In this document: positions 7,379 to 17,149 of the stretch, one piece after another | Layout: the number at the start of each line of letters is the position of its first letter | How positions within the stretch are numbered: the stretch's first letter is position 1 | Source of the DNA: Minisyncoccota bacterium | GTDB lineage: Bacteria > Patescibacteriota > Minisyncoccia > Phycocordibacterales > UBA918 | Assembly (NCBI GenBank): GCA_041389005.1 | Contig: JAWKSR010000002.1 | Location: 1,482 to 65,481, forward strand | Length of the DNA: 64,000 nt | Direction: 5' to 3' | Position numbers and translations under genes: made by a program | The notes under the pieces: model-generated | What the model saw: the letters and a program-made list of their open reading frames with translations, nothing else | Told to the model about the DNA's origin: nothing | Database searches by the model: none

Positions 7379-10264
7379 ATGGTATGGTCTCACCCACAAT
7401 TGACACTTGAAACACAACGCGGTTTTTCTTTTATTGAAGTGATTGTAGCGTCGGCACTCTTATTGTTGATCTTTTCCGGACTCTTAGCGGGTATTCAACT
7501 CATGATGGAGTTGATTGGACATTCCAAAGCTGAAGCTGGTGCCCGGTCACTGGCAGTAGCAAAAATGGAATATATTCGCTCATTTGAATACGATGAAGTA
7601 GGCACGATCAGTGGTATTCCGAGTGGTCCCATCCCGCAAAATAGCACCACTACACTCAACGGAGTAACATACAACGAGCGAGTCCTTATTCAATACGTTG
7701 ACCGGGAAGAAGATGGTTTTGCGGGAGCGGATAGCAACGGTATCACCGAAGATAGTAAACGGATCAAGATCGAATATACGTGGAATGTGCGTGGTAAAGC
7801 TGACTCATTGATTATTGTGAGCGATATTGTGCCTCGTGGCATAGAGTCAACTGCTGGCGGCGGTACGCTCCTTATAAATGTATTTGATGCCAGTGTACAA
7901 CCAGTCGCGGGAGCTTCAGTTCATGTCTATAACGATTCCGTTGCGACTGACACTATCGATGTGATCGTTACCACCAATGCTAATGGTATTGCCAATTTCC
8001 CTGGCGCTCCAGCCCGAGGAGGCTATCAAATCACCGTTACTAAAGCCGGGTACTCTACCGACCAGACCTATAGTGCCTCGAGTACCAATTCCAGTCCAAA
8101 TCCCCCGCATGTGTCAGTGTCTGCGGGAGTGGTGTCCACTGTCTATTTCTCGATTGATGTGCTCTCAGACCTCACGCTGCGAGCAATTAGTACACCGGTC
8201 AAAGGGGTATTCTCCGATAGTTTCTCTTCTGATGCGCAACTCGCAAGCACTTCGAATACCCGAGTCAGTGGTGGCAGTTTGATACTGACTGATAGTGGCG
8301 GTGTCTATAATGCCACTGGTACTGCGTTTGCTACCACTACTACACCAAGCACACTCGATAGTTGGGAATCTTTGGACTTTAATGGTACTACCAGCACGAG
8401 CACTGCCTATCGCGTTCGCCTCTATAGTACTGCTGTTGTCGGCTCGTCAACGGTGTATACCTTGCTGCCCGACACCGAACTATCCGGTAACACAGTTGGA
8501 TTCATCGCTGGCCCGGTAGATATCACATCAATCGATGCCAGCACGTATGACTCACTGGCCCTTGGTGTTACCTTAACCACAACTGATAGCAGTGAGACAC
8601 CAGAGCTGTATGATTGGAAACTCACTCACATCGAAACTGAGACACCAATCAGTGGAGTAACTTTTGATGTGGCAGGCGATAAGTCTATTGGTACTCACAG
8701 TGGACAGCCTGTTCTAAAGTATCAGACTACTGCAACGACAGATGGTAGCGGTGAAGTCACACTGTCGGACATGGAGTGGGACGCGTATACTATTGCTCTT
8801 GATGGGGCAGTTGAAGGGTATGACATTTATGAGACGTACGCCCCACTTCCATATGCCCTCAGTCCCGGTGTCAGTGACACGTTGACCTTGGTACTTGAAC
8901 CACACGCAGCGTACTCATTACGTACTACGGTGGTCGATACTGACGGTGTGGCGGTTGGTGGTGCTCAGGTCCATCTCTACAATGGATCGTATGACCAAAC
9001 GCAGGAGACCTCTATCTACGGGCAGACCTACTTTACTGGCATGGGGTCTTCAACTGATTATAGTCTTGATGTGACTGCTGTTGGGTACGATCCCGACACC
9101 CAAACCAACGTGTCCATCACTGGCACTACCGAGATTCAGGTGGTATTAGCGGACGAGGGAACCAGTGGAGAAGTAGAGAGCGGGGGAGCCTCATCTACTC
9201 CAAGTACATTTTTGGCAGGATACACGTCACGTATTCCACTGACCATTGATGGCTCATCCCTGTTTGGTAACGTCAATGATTTCCCTGTCTACGTTGATCT
9301 TGCTGACCTGCCGGGGGGCTTCTTTGCCAGTGTACAAAGTAATGGTGCTGACGTGCGAATAACCAAAGCAGATGGACTGACGGAAGTGCCGTTTGAATTA
9401 GTAAACATCGACACGGGCGGACAGACCGGTGAGCTTCATTTCAAGGCAGATTCACTAACAATCTCCACGACCACTACTCATTATATTTACTACGGTCACG
9501 CCACCGCTACGGCATACAGTAGTAGCGACACATATGGTCGAAACAATGTCTGGAGTAATAGCTATCGAGCTGTGTATCACTTTGAGGAAGGTCAATCAGG
9601 TACTGGCAATATAAATGAGTATGTAGATGCAACCGGCAATGGGTACGATGGCGACGATTATGTGACTGCGACCGGCAAAAGCGGCATGATGGGAAGCGGT
9701 CAGCAATTTAATGACAACTATGATGATTACCTTGAATTACCACGCCAAGTACTAAACGGCGCTACCAACCTCACCACTTCTCTGTGGTTCCGATCAAATA
9801 ATGACACTATACATTCACTTATCAGTGCGGCACGTAGTGGAGAAGGTAATGAATATCTATGGTGGTTGCGTGGAGATGAGAATGAGGTGGAGATATTCTC
9901 ACACGGTAATCCTCGTGAAGAATATGATATTGCTGATATTTATGATAACTCGTGGCGTCATCTGGTAGCGGTACTTGACGATAGTGCAAATCTCGCTCGA
10001 GTGTATCTCAATGGTAGTGAAGACAACCAAAGTCCGCGCTCTGCCAACGTGTATACACTCAATGTGGCTTCGGGCGGGTTGATCATTGGACAGGACCAAG
10101 ATAGTGTCGGCGGCGGATTCGATGATGGTCAGGAACTCGATGGGTACATTGATGAATTACGGGTCAGCTGGGTCGTGCGTAGCGCTGGATGGATTGCTAA
10201 CGAATATGCCAACCAAAATAGTCCAACGGGCTTCTATTCGATTGGTAGTATAGAGACTGAATAG
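7379..10264 (+). CDS. giant prepilin-leader protein (961 aa) with CarboxypepD_reg-like, DUF2341-like and LamG/ConA-like domains
   Basis: Class III signal QRG|FSFIEVIVASALLLLIF (Gly at -1, Glu at +5). Carboxypeptidase-regulatory-like repeats (VHVYNDS...NANGIANFPG..GGYQITVTKAGY; VHLYNGSYDQ). IPLTIDGS...FPVYVDL...ADVRITKADG..VPFELVN resembles DUF2341. C-terminal LamG-like region (LDGYIDELRVS). Confidence 0.75.
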   Translation: MVWSHPQLTLETQRGFSFIEVIVASALLLLIFSGLLAGIQLMMELIGHSKAEAGARSLAVAKMEYIRSFEYDEVGTISGIPSGPIPQNSTTTLNGVTYNERVLIQYVDREEDGFAGADSNGITEDSKRIKIEYTWNVRGKADSLIIVSDIVPRGIESTAGGGTLLINVFDASVQPVAGASVHVYNDSVATDTIDVIVTTNANGIANFPGAPARGGYQITVTKAGYSTDQTYSASSTNSSPNPPHVSVSAGVVSTVYFSIDVLSDLTLRAISTPVKGVFSDSFSSDAQLASTSNTRVSGGSLILTDSGGVYNATGTAFATTTTPSTLDSWESLDFNGTTSTSTAYRVRLYSTAVVGSSTVYTLLPDTELSGNTVGFIAGPVDITSIDASTYDSLALGVTLTTTDSSETPELYDWKLTHIETETPISGVTFDVAGDKSIGTHSGQPVLKYQTTATTDGSGEVTLSDMEWDAYTIALDGAVEGYDIYETYAPLPYALSPGVSDTLTLVLEPHAAYSLRTTVVDTDGVAVGGAQVHLYNGSYDQTQETSIYGQTYFTGMGSSTDYSLDVTAVGYDPDTQTNVSITGTTEIQVVLADEGTSGEVESGGASSTPSTFLAGYTSRIPLTIDGSSLFGNVNDFPVYVDLADLPGGFFASVQSNGADVRITKADGLTEVPFELVNIDTGGQTGELHFKADSLTISTTTTHYIYYGHATATAYSSSDTYGRNNVWSNSYRAVYHFEEGQSGTGNINEYVDATGNGYDGDDYVTATGKSGMMGSGQQFNDNYDDYLELPRQVLNGATNLTTSLWFRSNNDTIHSLISAARSGEGNEYLWWLRGDENEVEIFSHGNPREEYDIADIYDNSWRHLVAVLDDSANLARVYLNGSEDNQSPRSANVYTLNVASGGLIIGQDQDSVGGGFDDGQELDGYIDELRVSWVVRSAGWIANEYANQNSPTGFYSIGSIETE

Positions 10265-10265
10265 T

Positions 10266-10892
10266 ATGAAAAAGAATCGTATTCCTCAGCAGTCCCTCAG
10301 TACCGGCATGACGTTTGTCGAGATGATCGTTGTACTGGCTTTGTTTGCAATCTTGAGTGTGGTCATCCTTAATACCATCGCTTCTTTCTATCGTTACAAC
10401 GCGTATACAATCGCGCAATCTTACCAGGTCAACTTTGCACGCCGCGGCGTGGAGACTTTAGTACGTGACATTCGAGAAATGACCTACGCTGACGATGGGG
10501 CGTTTCCGCTGGTGAGCAAAGAGGCTCATCGTATCATGTTCTACAGTGACATTGACCGTGATGAGAGTGTCGAATTGGTGGAATACAACTTGGCTTCAAC
10601 TACGTTATATAAATATGTATACGATGCGGTCGGCTCACCACCGGCGTATAGTACCTCCACGCCCGATGAGACCTATGTGCTATCTGAATATGTGAACAAT
10701 CTTGAGCAGGGTCAGAATACTTTCGAGTACTATGATGATAGCGGTGCTTTAGCGACTTCTTCGGTGAGCGTAGCAGATATCCGTTACATTGATGTTGCAC
10801 TCATTATTAATATTGACCCTATCCGCGATCCTGGTGAGTTCCTCCTCCGTTCAAGTGCCTCACTCCGTAACCTTAAAGAATATGACATCTAA
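10266..10892 (+). CDS. pseudopilin (prepilin-type N-terminal cleavage/methylation motif)
   Basis: LSTG|MTFVEMIVVLALFAILSVVIL: Gly at -1, Glu at +5, hydrophobic helix. Confidence 0.75.
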   Translation: MKKNRIPQQSLSTGMTFVEMIVVLALFAILSVVILNTIASFYRYNAYTIAQSYQVNFARRGVETLVRDIREMTYADDGAFPLVSKEAHRIMFYSDIDRDESVELVEYNLASTTLYKYVYDAVGSPPAYSTSTPDETYVLSEYVNNLEQGQNTFEYYDDSGALATSSVSVADIRYIDVALIINIDPIRDPGEFLLRSSASLRNLKEYDI

Positions 10893-12306
10893 ACGATTAC
10901 ATAATTCGCACGCCGGATACCTTGTGGTACTTCTCATGATTTTTGGAGCCGTCTTCTTTTTGATCTTTACTGCTTTCATGGGTTTTGTGATCAATCAGAA
11001 GCAAGTGCAAGATATCAAACGTAATGAAGAACAGGCGCTCTCGATTGCCGAAGCGGGGCTCAACTACTACAAATGGTATTTGGCACATAATCCCAATGAC
11101 GTTACCAACGGCACCACGACGCCTGGTCCGTATGTAATCCCGTACGCTGACCCAGAAAGTGATGACATCGGAGAGTTTTCACTAGCCATTAGTAGTTCGA
11201 CTGCCTGTGGCGATATTATTGCGATTGATATTGAATCAACCGGTTCTACCTATGAAGACCCCGACCGCGATCGTACGATTTACGCCCGGTATGCTAAACC
11301 AACAGTGGCAGAATATTCATACGTGATCAATTCCAACGTGTGGGCGGGTGACGATCGTACGATCATTGGTCCGTATCACTCAAACGGGATAGTGCGCATG
11401 GATGGCACCAATAACTCAACCGTCTCAAGTGGACAAGAAGACTGGGTCTGCGATGACTCAATTCCCTGTGATCCGTATAGCGCCGGGACTACCCTTGATG
11501 GAGTGTATGGAGATGGACCAAATTATGACTTATGGGAAACAGGTGTAGCACCGGTCAGTTTTGCCGGTATTACTGTGGACCTAGCCAATATGAAAACCAA
11601 AGCGCAGGCAGATGGACGGCACTTTGATGATTCCGGTGACTACGGATACTTGATTGATTTTAATAGCAATGACACATTTAACATTTATCGGGTTACGGGC
11701 ACGCAAAGTTATCAGGGATATACAACAGAAGACGGCTGGGAATATGAACGTCACGTGATTACCAATACTTCAGAAGTGGCCGGTAGTCCGTTCTCTATTC
11801 CGTCTGAGTGCTCTCTGATTTTTGTCGAAGATAAAGTGTGGCTTCGTGGAGAAGTGAGTACTAAAGTGACGTTAGCGGCAGCCGATGTTGATACTATCGG
11901 GGTTGATCCACAGATCATTATTGACGGTAACATCACCTATACTGGCGCCAATGCAGGATTATTAGCTATCGCAGAAGAAGACGTGCTCGTAGGTGTTGAT
12001 GTACCAAATGATATGGAAATAAATGGTATTTTCATTGCCCAGAATGGTCGGTTTGGACGTAATCATTATGATTTGAGCCTACCAGCCTCTCTGGACGCCT
12101 ATCGCTACCGTAACTCCCTTACCATCAACGGTACAATTGTCTCTAATGGTCGGGTTGGTACCAAGTGGACTTCGGGTGGTTCTTGGAGTTCTGGTTTTAA
12201 TACCCGATACAACTCATACGACCGTGATATGGTTACCGACCCGCCACCATTAACGCCAGAGGTGTCCGACACCTACCAATTCATCGAGTGGCGTGAAGAA
12301 GACTAG
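10882..12306 (+). CDS. membrane-anchored pilus-associated protein (PilX-N-like anchor, no Glu+5)
   Basis: The ATG at 10882 overlaps the upstream stop (ATGACATCTAA). N-terminal helix YLVVLLMIFGAVFFLIFTAFMGFV, then a ~440-aa extracellular region. Position downstream of the pseudopilins. Confidence 0.55.
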   Translation: MTSKRLHNSHAGYLVVLLMIFGAVFFLIFTAFMGFVINQKQVQDIKRNEEQALSIAEAGLNYYKWYLAHNPNDVTNGTTTPGPYVIPYADPESDDIGEFSLAISSSTACGDIIAIDIESTGSTYEDPDRDRTIYARYAKPTVAEYSYVINSNVWAGDDRTIIGPYHSNGIVRMDGTNNSTVSSGQEDWVCDDSIPCDPYSAGTTLDGVYGDGPNYDLWETGVAPVSFAGITVDLANMKTKAQADGRHFDDSGDYGYLIDFNSNDTFNIYRVTGTQSYQGYTTEDGWEYERHVITNTSEVAGSPFSIPSECSLIFVEDKVWLRGEVSTKVTLAAADVDTIGVDPQIIIDGNITYTGANAGLLAIAEEDVLVGVDVPNDMEINGIFIAQNGRFGRNHYDLSLPASLDAYRYRNSLTINGTIVSNGRVGTKWTSGGSWSSGFNTRYNSYDRDMVTDPPPLTPEVSDTYQFIEWREED

Positions 12307-12321
12307 TGTCTTCTTCACGCC
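12290..12321 (+). other. perfect 14-bp stem / 4-nt loop hairpin enclosing the stop codon
   Basis: GGCGTGAAGAAGAC tagt GTCTTCTTCACGCC. The TAG stop (12304-12306) lies in the loop. No U-tract follows. Confidence 0.8.
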
Positions 12322-12583
12322 GGTCCGAGCGGGAGCGAGGAATTCCCGATGCCGGCTAGGCAAGGGAATAGGTGGGTGAGCAGTGACTCAATGTCACTGC
12401 GCAAGAGGTTACCTAGTATTTCTTGAGGTAACGAAAAGAAATACTGATAACCTAAACAGTTTCGGTACGGAGGAAATCTAATACCAACTGACCTCCATCT
12501 TACTCATGTCTTCTCCACGCTAATTTGATTATCGTTTGTCAATCAAACCAATATGCAAACCTAAGTGGTACAATAAGCCCATT

Positions 12584-13378
12584 ATGGCAAAACGACATCA
12601 ACCACTCATTATTGGTAATTGGAAAATGAACCCAGCCACGCTGGGACGAGCGCAGCGACTTTTTTTGGATATTAGAAAAGGCTTAGGACGCCGGCGCAGT
12701 AGTGTCGATGTAGTTGTAGCTCCGCCGTTTCCATTTATTTCTGAGATGGAACGTCTGTCTCCCAGTCAGCGCATTGAGTTATGTGCCCAAGACATGTTCT
12801 TTGAGAACACCGGTGCGTACACAGGAGAAGTCTCATTACCAATGCTTAAGAGTGTTGGAGTGAGCTACGTGATTGTGGGTCACTCAGAGCGTCGAGCGCG
12901 GGGGGAGACTGATGAAGACGTCTACAGAGACGTGCAGCTTATGCTGGAGCATAACACGACGGCAGTGATCTGTGTTGGAGAGAAAGAGCGCGATAAACAC
13001 GGCAACTATTTTAGTGTGGTTGAGGCGCAGTTGCGCGCCGCTCTGCGAGATGTGCCAGATAATAAACTTAACAAGATCGTCATTGCCTACGAGCCGGTAT
13101 GGGCAATTGGTACCGGTAACACCGCCACTCCTGAAGATGCGCGGGAGATGAAACTCTTCATTCAAAAATTATTAGCCGACCGCTTTAATCGTTCCGCTCT
13201 TAATAAAGTTCGTATCCTGTACGGTGGTTCAGTCAAGAAAAATAACGCCGCTGCATTGTTAGAACAGGGCGACGTTGACGGTTTTCTTATCGGCGGCGCG
13301 AGTCTCAAAGCTTCAGAATTTACACACATTATCAATAGTGCTGAAGATCATGTCAAAAACCAAACTCCCGAGTGTTAA
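12584..13378 (+). CDS. tpiA: triosephosphate isomerase
   Basis: LIIGNWKMN ... VIVGHSERR ... IAYEPVWAIGTG ... YGGSV. Confidence 0.92.
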   Translation: MAKRHQPLIIGNWKMNPATLGRAQRLFLDIRKGLGRRRSSVDVVVAPPFPFISEMERLSPSQRIELCAQDMFFENTGAYTGEVSLPMLKSVGVSYVIVGHSERRARGETDEDVYRDVQLMLEHNTTAVICVGEKERDKHGNYFSVVEAQLRAALRDVPDNKLNKIVIAYEPVWAIGTGNTATPEDAREMKLFIQKLLADRFNRSALNKVRILYGGSVKKNNAAALLEQGDVDGFLIGGASLKASEFTHIINSAEDHVKNQTPEC

Positions 13379-14486
13379 AGACATTAAAGATCTCAAAGGT
13401 ACACGAGTGTTACTGCGCGCATCTCTTAATGTGCCGATTGAAGACGGAGCCGTTACTAATCAGTTTCGCATCATGCGGGCACTTCCGACCATCAACTACT
13501 TACGTCAAGCGGGGGCTCAAGTGGTGGTTATAGCGCATATTGGACGTAAACCAGAAGAGTCTCTCATGCCAGTCTATGAGGTCTTCAAGACCCTACTTAA
13601 AGCCAAATGGTGCCCAGCCATAGTGGGTGAAGAAGCGCAAAAGGCAGTGACTGATCTTAAAGATGGCGACGTATTATTACTGGAAAATGTGCGTAGTGAC
13701 GAACGAGAAAAAGCTAACGATCCAGCGTTTGCAAAAGAATTGGCAAGTTACGCAGATATATACATAAATGATGCGTTTGCCGCTTCGCACCGAACCCACG
13801 CTTCGCTGGTGGGAGTGTCGGAGCATCTGCCGAGTTATTTTGGTTTTAATTTTCTCCATGAGTATGAAGAGCTCCAAAAAGCAGCTGATCCTAAGGAACC
13901 GTCACTCTTTATCCTGGGTGGGGCTAAGTTTGATACCAAAATGCCTTTGGTAGAGAAGTACGCCAATACCTACACCAATGTCTTTATTGGCGGCGCATTA
14001 GCTAACGACATGTTTAAAGCAGCGGGACATCCAGTCGGTAAATCACTGGTGTCTGACGTTGATTTGCGTGACAGTGCTATTGTGAACCATCTCAATATTT
14101 TGACACCCACTGATGTAACCGTTACTGGTGATAATGGTGTACGCGTGACTACGCCTGATGACGTTGCTTCGCATGAAATCATTTATGATGCTGGTCCAAA
14201 AACTATTGAGATGCTGATGCCATATATACAAGAAGCCAAAAGTATTTTATGGAATGGACCCCTCGGTAACTACGAAAAGGGTTTTAACACGGAGACCGAA
14301 GCACTCGCTAAAGCCATCGCAGCTGCACCTGGTTACGCAGTTGTGGGTGGGGGCGATACGATTGCTGCTATTGAGTTGTTATGTATTCAAGAACAGTTTG
14401 GCTTTCTTTCTACCGCCGGTGGAGCGATGTTGACGTTCCTCGAGCACGGCACGCTCCCAGCCATCACAGCAGTAGTTGGCGAATAA
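13350..14486 (+). CDS. pgk: phosphoglycerate kinase
   Basis: Internal ATG at 13350 overlaps the tpiA end. RVLLRASLNVP ... NQFRI ... LLLENVR ... INDAFAASHR ... GGGDT. Confidence 0.92.
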   Translation: MSKTKLPSVKDIKDLKGTRVLLRASLNVPIEDGAVTNQFRIMRALPTINYLRQAGAQVVVIAHIGRKPEESLMPVYEVFKTLLKAKWCPAIVGEEAQKAVTDLKDGDVLLLENVRSDEREKANDPAFAKELASYADIYINDAFAASHRTHASLVGVSEHLPSYFGFNFLHEYEELQKAADPKEPSLFILGGAKFDTKMPLVEKYANTYTNVFIGGALANDMFKAAGHPVGKSLVSDVDLRDSAIVNHLNILTPTDVTVTGDNGVRVTTPDDVASHEIIYDAGPKTIEMLMPYIQEAKSILWNGPLGNYEKGFNTETEALAKAIAAAPGYAVVGGGDTIAAIELLCIQEQFGFLSTAGGAMLTFLEHGTLPAITAVVGE

Positions 14487-14526
14487 CCTTTTCGACTGTC
14501 TTTTGTAAGGTAGACCATTTTACGCC

Positions 14527-14997
14527 ATGGAATACACTCACTCCCTTGTATATTTAAGAAAAGATAAACAGATGTGTTTAGCGCAGAAAAAACGAGGCTT
14601 TGGTGCTGGGTACTGGAACGGATACGGGGGAAAAATTGAAATGGACGAGACACCTAAACAGTCAGCTGTACGAGAGGTGCGAGAAGAAAGTAGTGTCACT
14701 GTAAACAAACAAAATCTTTCGCACGTTGCCAACCTAAAATTTTATTTTGTTGATGGCGCAGAAGTAAACGTAGCAGCGTATATAGCCACAAAGTGGGAAG
14801 GAGAACCATGGGAAACTGAAGAAATGACGCCAAGATGGTTTTCTATTTCAGACCTTCCCTACGAAGCCATGTGGGAATCAGACTGTGAATGGTTGCCAAA
14901 AATCTTGTCCGGCAAAAAGGTGGTAGGGGAGGTATATTTTGAGGCAGATGACACGACCGTAGCGTCTTGTGACGTGAAAGTTGTTGAGACGCTTTAA
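14527..14997 (+). CDS. Nudix hydrolase (MutT/8-oxo-dGTPase-like)
   Basis: Nudix box GGKIEMDETPKQSAVREVREESSV (GX5EX7REUXEEXGU). Confidence 0.85.
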   Translation: MEYTHSLVYLRKDKQMCLAQKKRGFGAGYWNGYGGKIEMDETPKQSAVREVREESSVTVNKQNLSHVANLKFYFVDGAEVNVAAYIATKWEGEPWETEEMTPRWFSISDLPYEAMWESDCEWLPKILSGKKVVGEVYFEADDTTVASCDVKVVETL

Positions 14998-15401
14998 TCT
15001 TCCAAGGCAGCTTGGATCTGAGTAGCAATGACAGCTAGTTCATCATCGTTGGCTTCTTCACCTGGTCCCATATATTCCGCGAGAGAACGATCGGTGTGTA
15101 GCATCGGATATATCTTGATGTGCACGTGTGGCACTTCAAATCCTTCAACTACGAGACATGTGCGCTTTGCATCAAGCGCAGTATCGGATGCTTTAGCAAT
15201 TTTTTTAGCGGTCTTGAAAAGATGGATATAAGTATCATCATCGAGATCAAAGGCGTAATCTATTTCGTGCTTTGGTATGACCAAGGACTGCCCTTTTACT
15301 ACTGGGAATTTGTCTAAGATAGCTACACAGTGCTCATCTTCGTAAATAAAGTGGGCTGGAATTTCGCGGGCTATGATTTTGGAAAAGATAGAAGTCGCCA
15401 T
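14994..15401 (-). CDS. HIT-family nucleotide hydrolase (variant triad HVHIK)
   Basis: IFSKIIAREIPA..IYEDE.CVAILD ... VPHVHIKIYP. The third His of the HxHxH motif is replaced by Lys. Confidence 0.8.
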   Translation of the reverse strand: MATSIFSKIIAREIPAHFIYEDEHCVAILDKFPVVKGQSLVIPKHEIDYAFDLDDDTYIHLFKTAKKIAKASDTALDAKRTCLVVEGFEVPHVHIKIYPMLHTDRSLAEYMGPGEEANDDELAVIATQIQAALED

Positions 15402-15449
15402 GATTGTAAATTATGATTTGCTAGTGAGGGAATGATATCATGTTTTGAT

Positions 15450-17139
15450 ATGACCGCTTTCCGCCTTGCTCCCGCGACCGAACGTCAGCTTCACGCCAGT
15501 TCGCTGGCAAACCAACTCCTTGCTAATCGCGGCTTTACCACAGCAGACGAAGTTGCCGCTTTTCTTACTCCCGATTACGATCGCGACCGGCACGACCCAC
15601 TTCTGATGCCGGGTATGGAGGCGGCGGTAGAGCGCATTCAAACAGCGCTAAGTAAGGGAGAACGTATTGCTGTGTATGCTGACTATGATTGTGATGGTAT
15701 TCCTGGAGCGGTAGTGCTGACAGATTTTCTAAAAGCAGTGGGACATACGAACTATGTAACCTACATACCACACCGTCACTTTGAAGGCTTTGGTCTCAAT
15801 AGCGAGGCAGTAGAGAAGCTGCATAAAGATACTGTGACGCTCATCATTACCATCGACTGCGGTGTGAGTGATCACAGCGCAGCAGAGCGGGCAAGTGAGT
15901 TAGGGGTTGATGTCATTATTACTGATCACCACGAACCAAAAGAAACTTTGCCGACAGCAGTAGCAGTCGTGAATCCAAAATTGCCGGGCGAGTATCCCTT
16001 TAAGGAACTCTGTGGTGCTGGGGTAGTGTTTAAGCTGGTCGAAGCATTGATTGCGACTGGTGACTATACGCTCAGTGCAGACCAAGCTAAGTGGTTCTTA
16101 GATATGGTTGGTCTCGCTACCATCAATGATATGGTGCCACTCCATGGCGAAAATAGAGTGTTTGCGCATTATGGACTGACAGTCCTGCGCAAGTCTCGTC
16201 GTCCGGGGTTGCAGCATCTCTTACGAACTGCTCGCGCTAAGCAAGCGTTTCTTACCGAAGACGATGTCGGGTTTACCATTGGTCCACGTGTTAATGCCGC
16301 GTCACGCATGGACACACCGGAAGATGCCTTTACCATGCTGGCAACTCAAGATGAAAGTGAGGCAGGGACAGTCGTGGCGCATCTTGAGAATCTCAACAAT
16401 GAACGCAAAGGTTTGGTAGCTGCTATAACGAAAGAACTCCACAAACGAATCAAAGCCTTTGAAGATATACCACCGGTAATCGTGATGGGTAATCCCAAAT
16501 GGCGTCCGGCGCTCGTTGGACTGGCCGCCACTAAGTTAGCGGAAGAGTACCATCGCCCAGTCTTTTTGTGGGGACGAGATGGTAATGGAGTGGTCAAAGG
16601 TTCGTGCCGCTCTGAAGGAGTAACCAGCATAGTTTCGCTTATGGAAGCGGTACACGAGCAATTTAGTGAATATGGAGGGCATCACTTTTCTGGTGGTTTC
16701 TCAGTGAAAGAAGATGCCTTATTTACGTTTGCTGATGCACTTACTGACGCATTCCAGCGACTTGGGAATGAGCTCCAACATCCCGAAGTACCACTGGTTG
16801 ATGCGGAATTGACACTCAAGGACGTCACTGATGGGTTAGTTAAAGAGCTACGCCTGTTAGCTCCCTACGGAGTTGGTAATCCTAAGCCGTTGTTTTTATT
16901 CTCAGCAGTGACACCCGCGGCGGTTAATCAGTTTGGTAAGAGTAAAGAGCATCTTAAACTTGTCTTTGATAGGGAAGGGGGTGCACTGGAGGCGATCGCT
17001 TTTTTTGCCTCACCACTGTCATACAAAGTAGAGCCAAAAGTGGGTGAGTCGCTTTCTTCTCGCTCACGTGGAAGAATCATTTTTTATGGGTCGCCGGCAG
17101 ATTCGGTTACGCATCGTTGATATTGTTCCGGCAGGTTAA
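15450..17139 (+). CDS. recJ: single-stranded-DNA exonuclease RecJ (C-terminal frame break near 17045-17055)
   Basis: DHH motifs (VYADYDCDGI; IITDHH) and DHHA1 (GGHHFSGGFSV). The last ~30 aa read properly (LLAHVEESFFMGRRQIRLRIVDIVPAG*) only after a 1-nt shift, giving a stop at 17137-17139. Confidence 0.85.
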
Positions 17140-17149
17140 GATAGAAATT

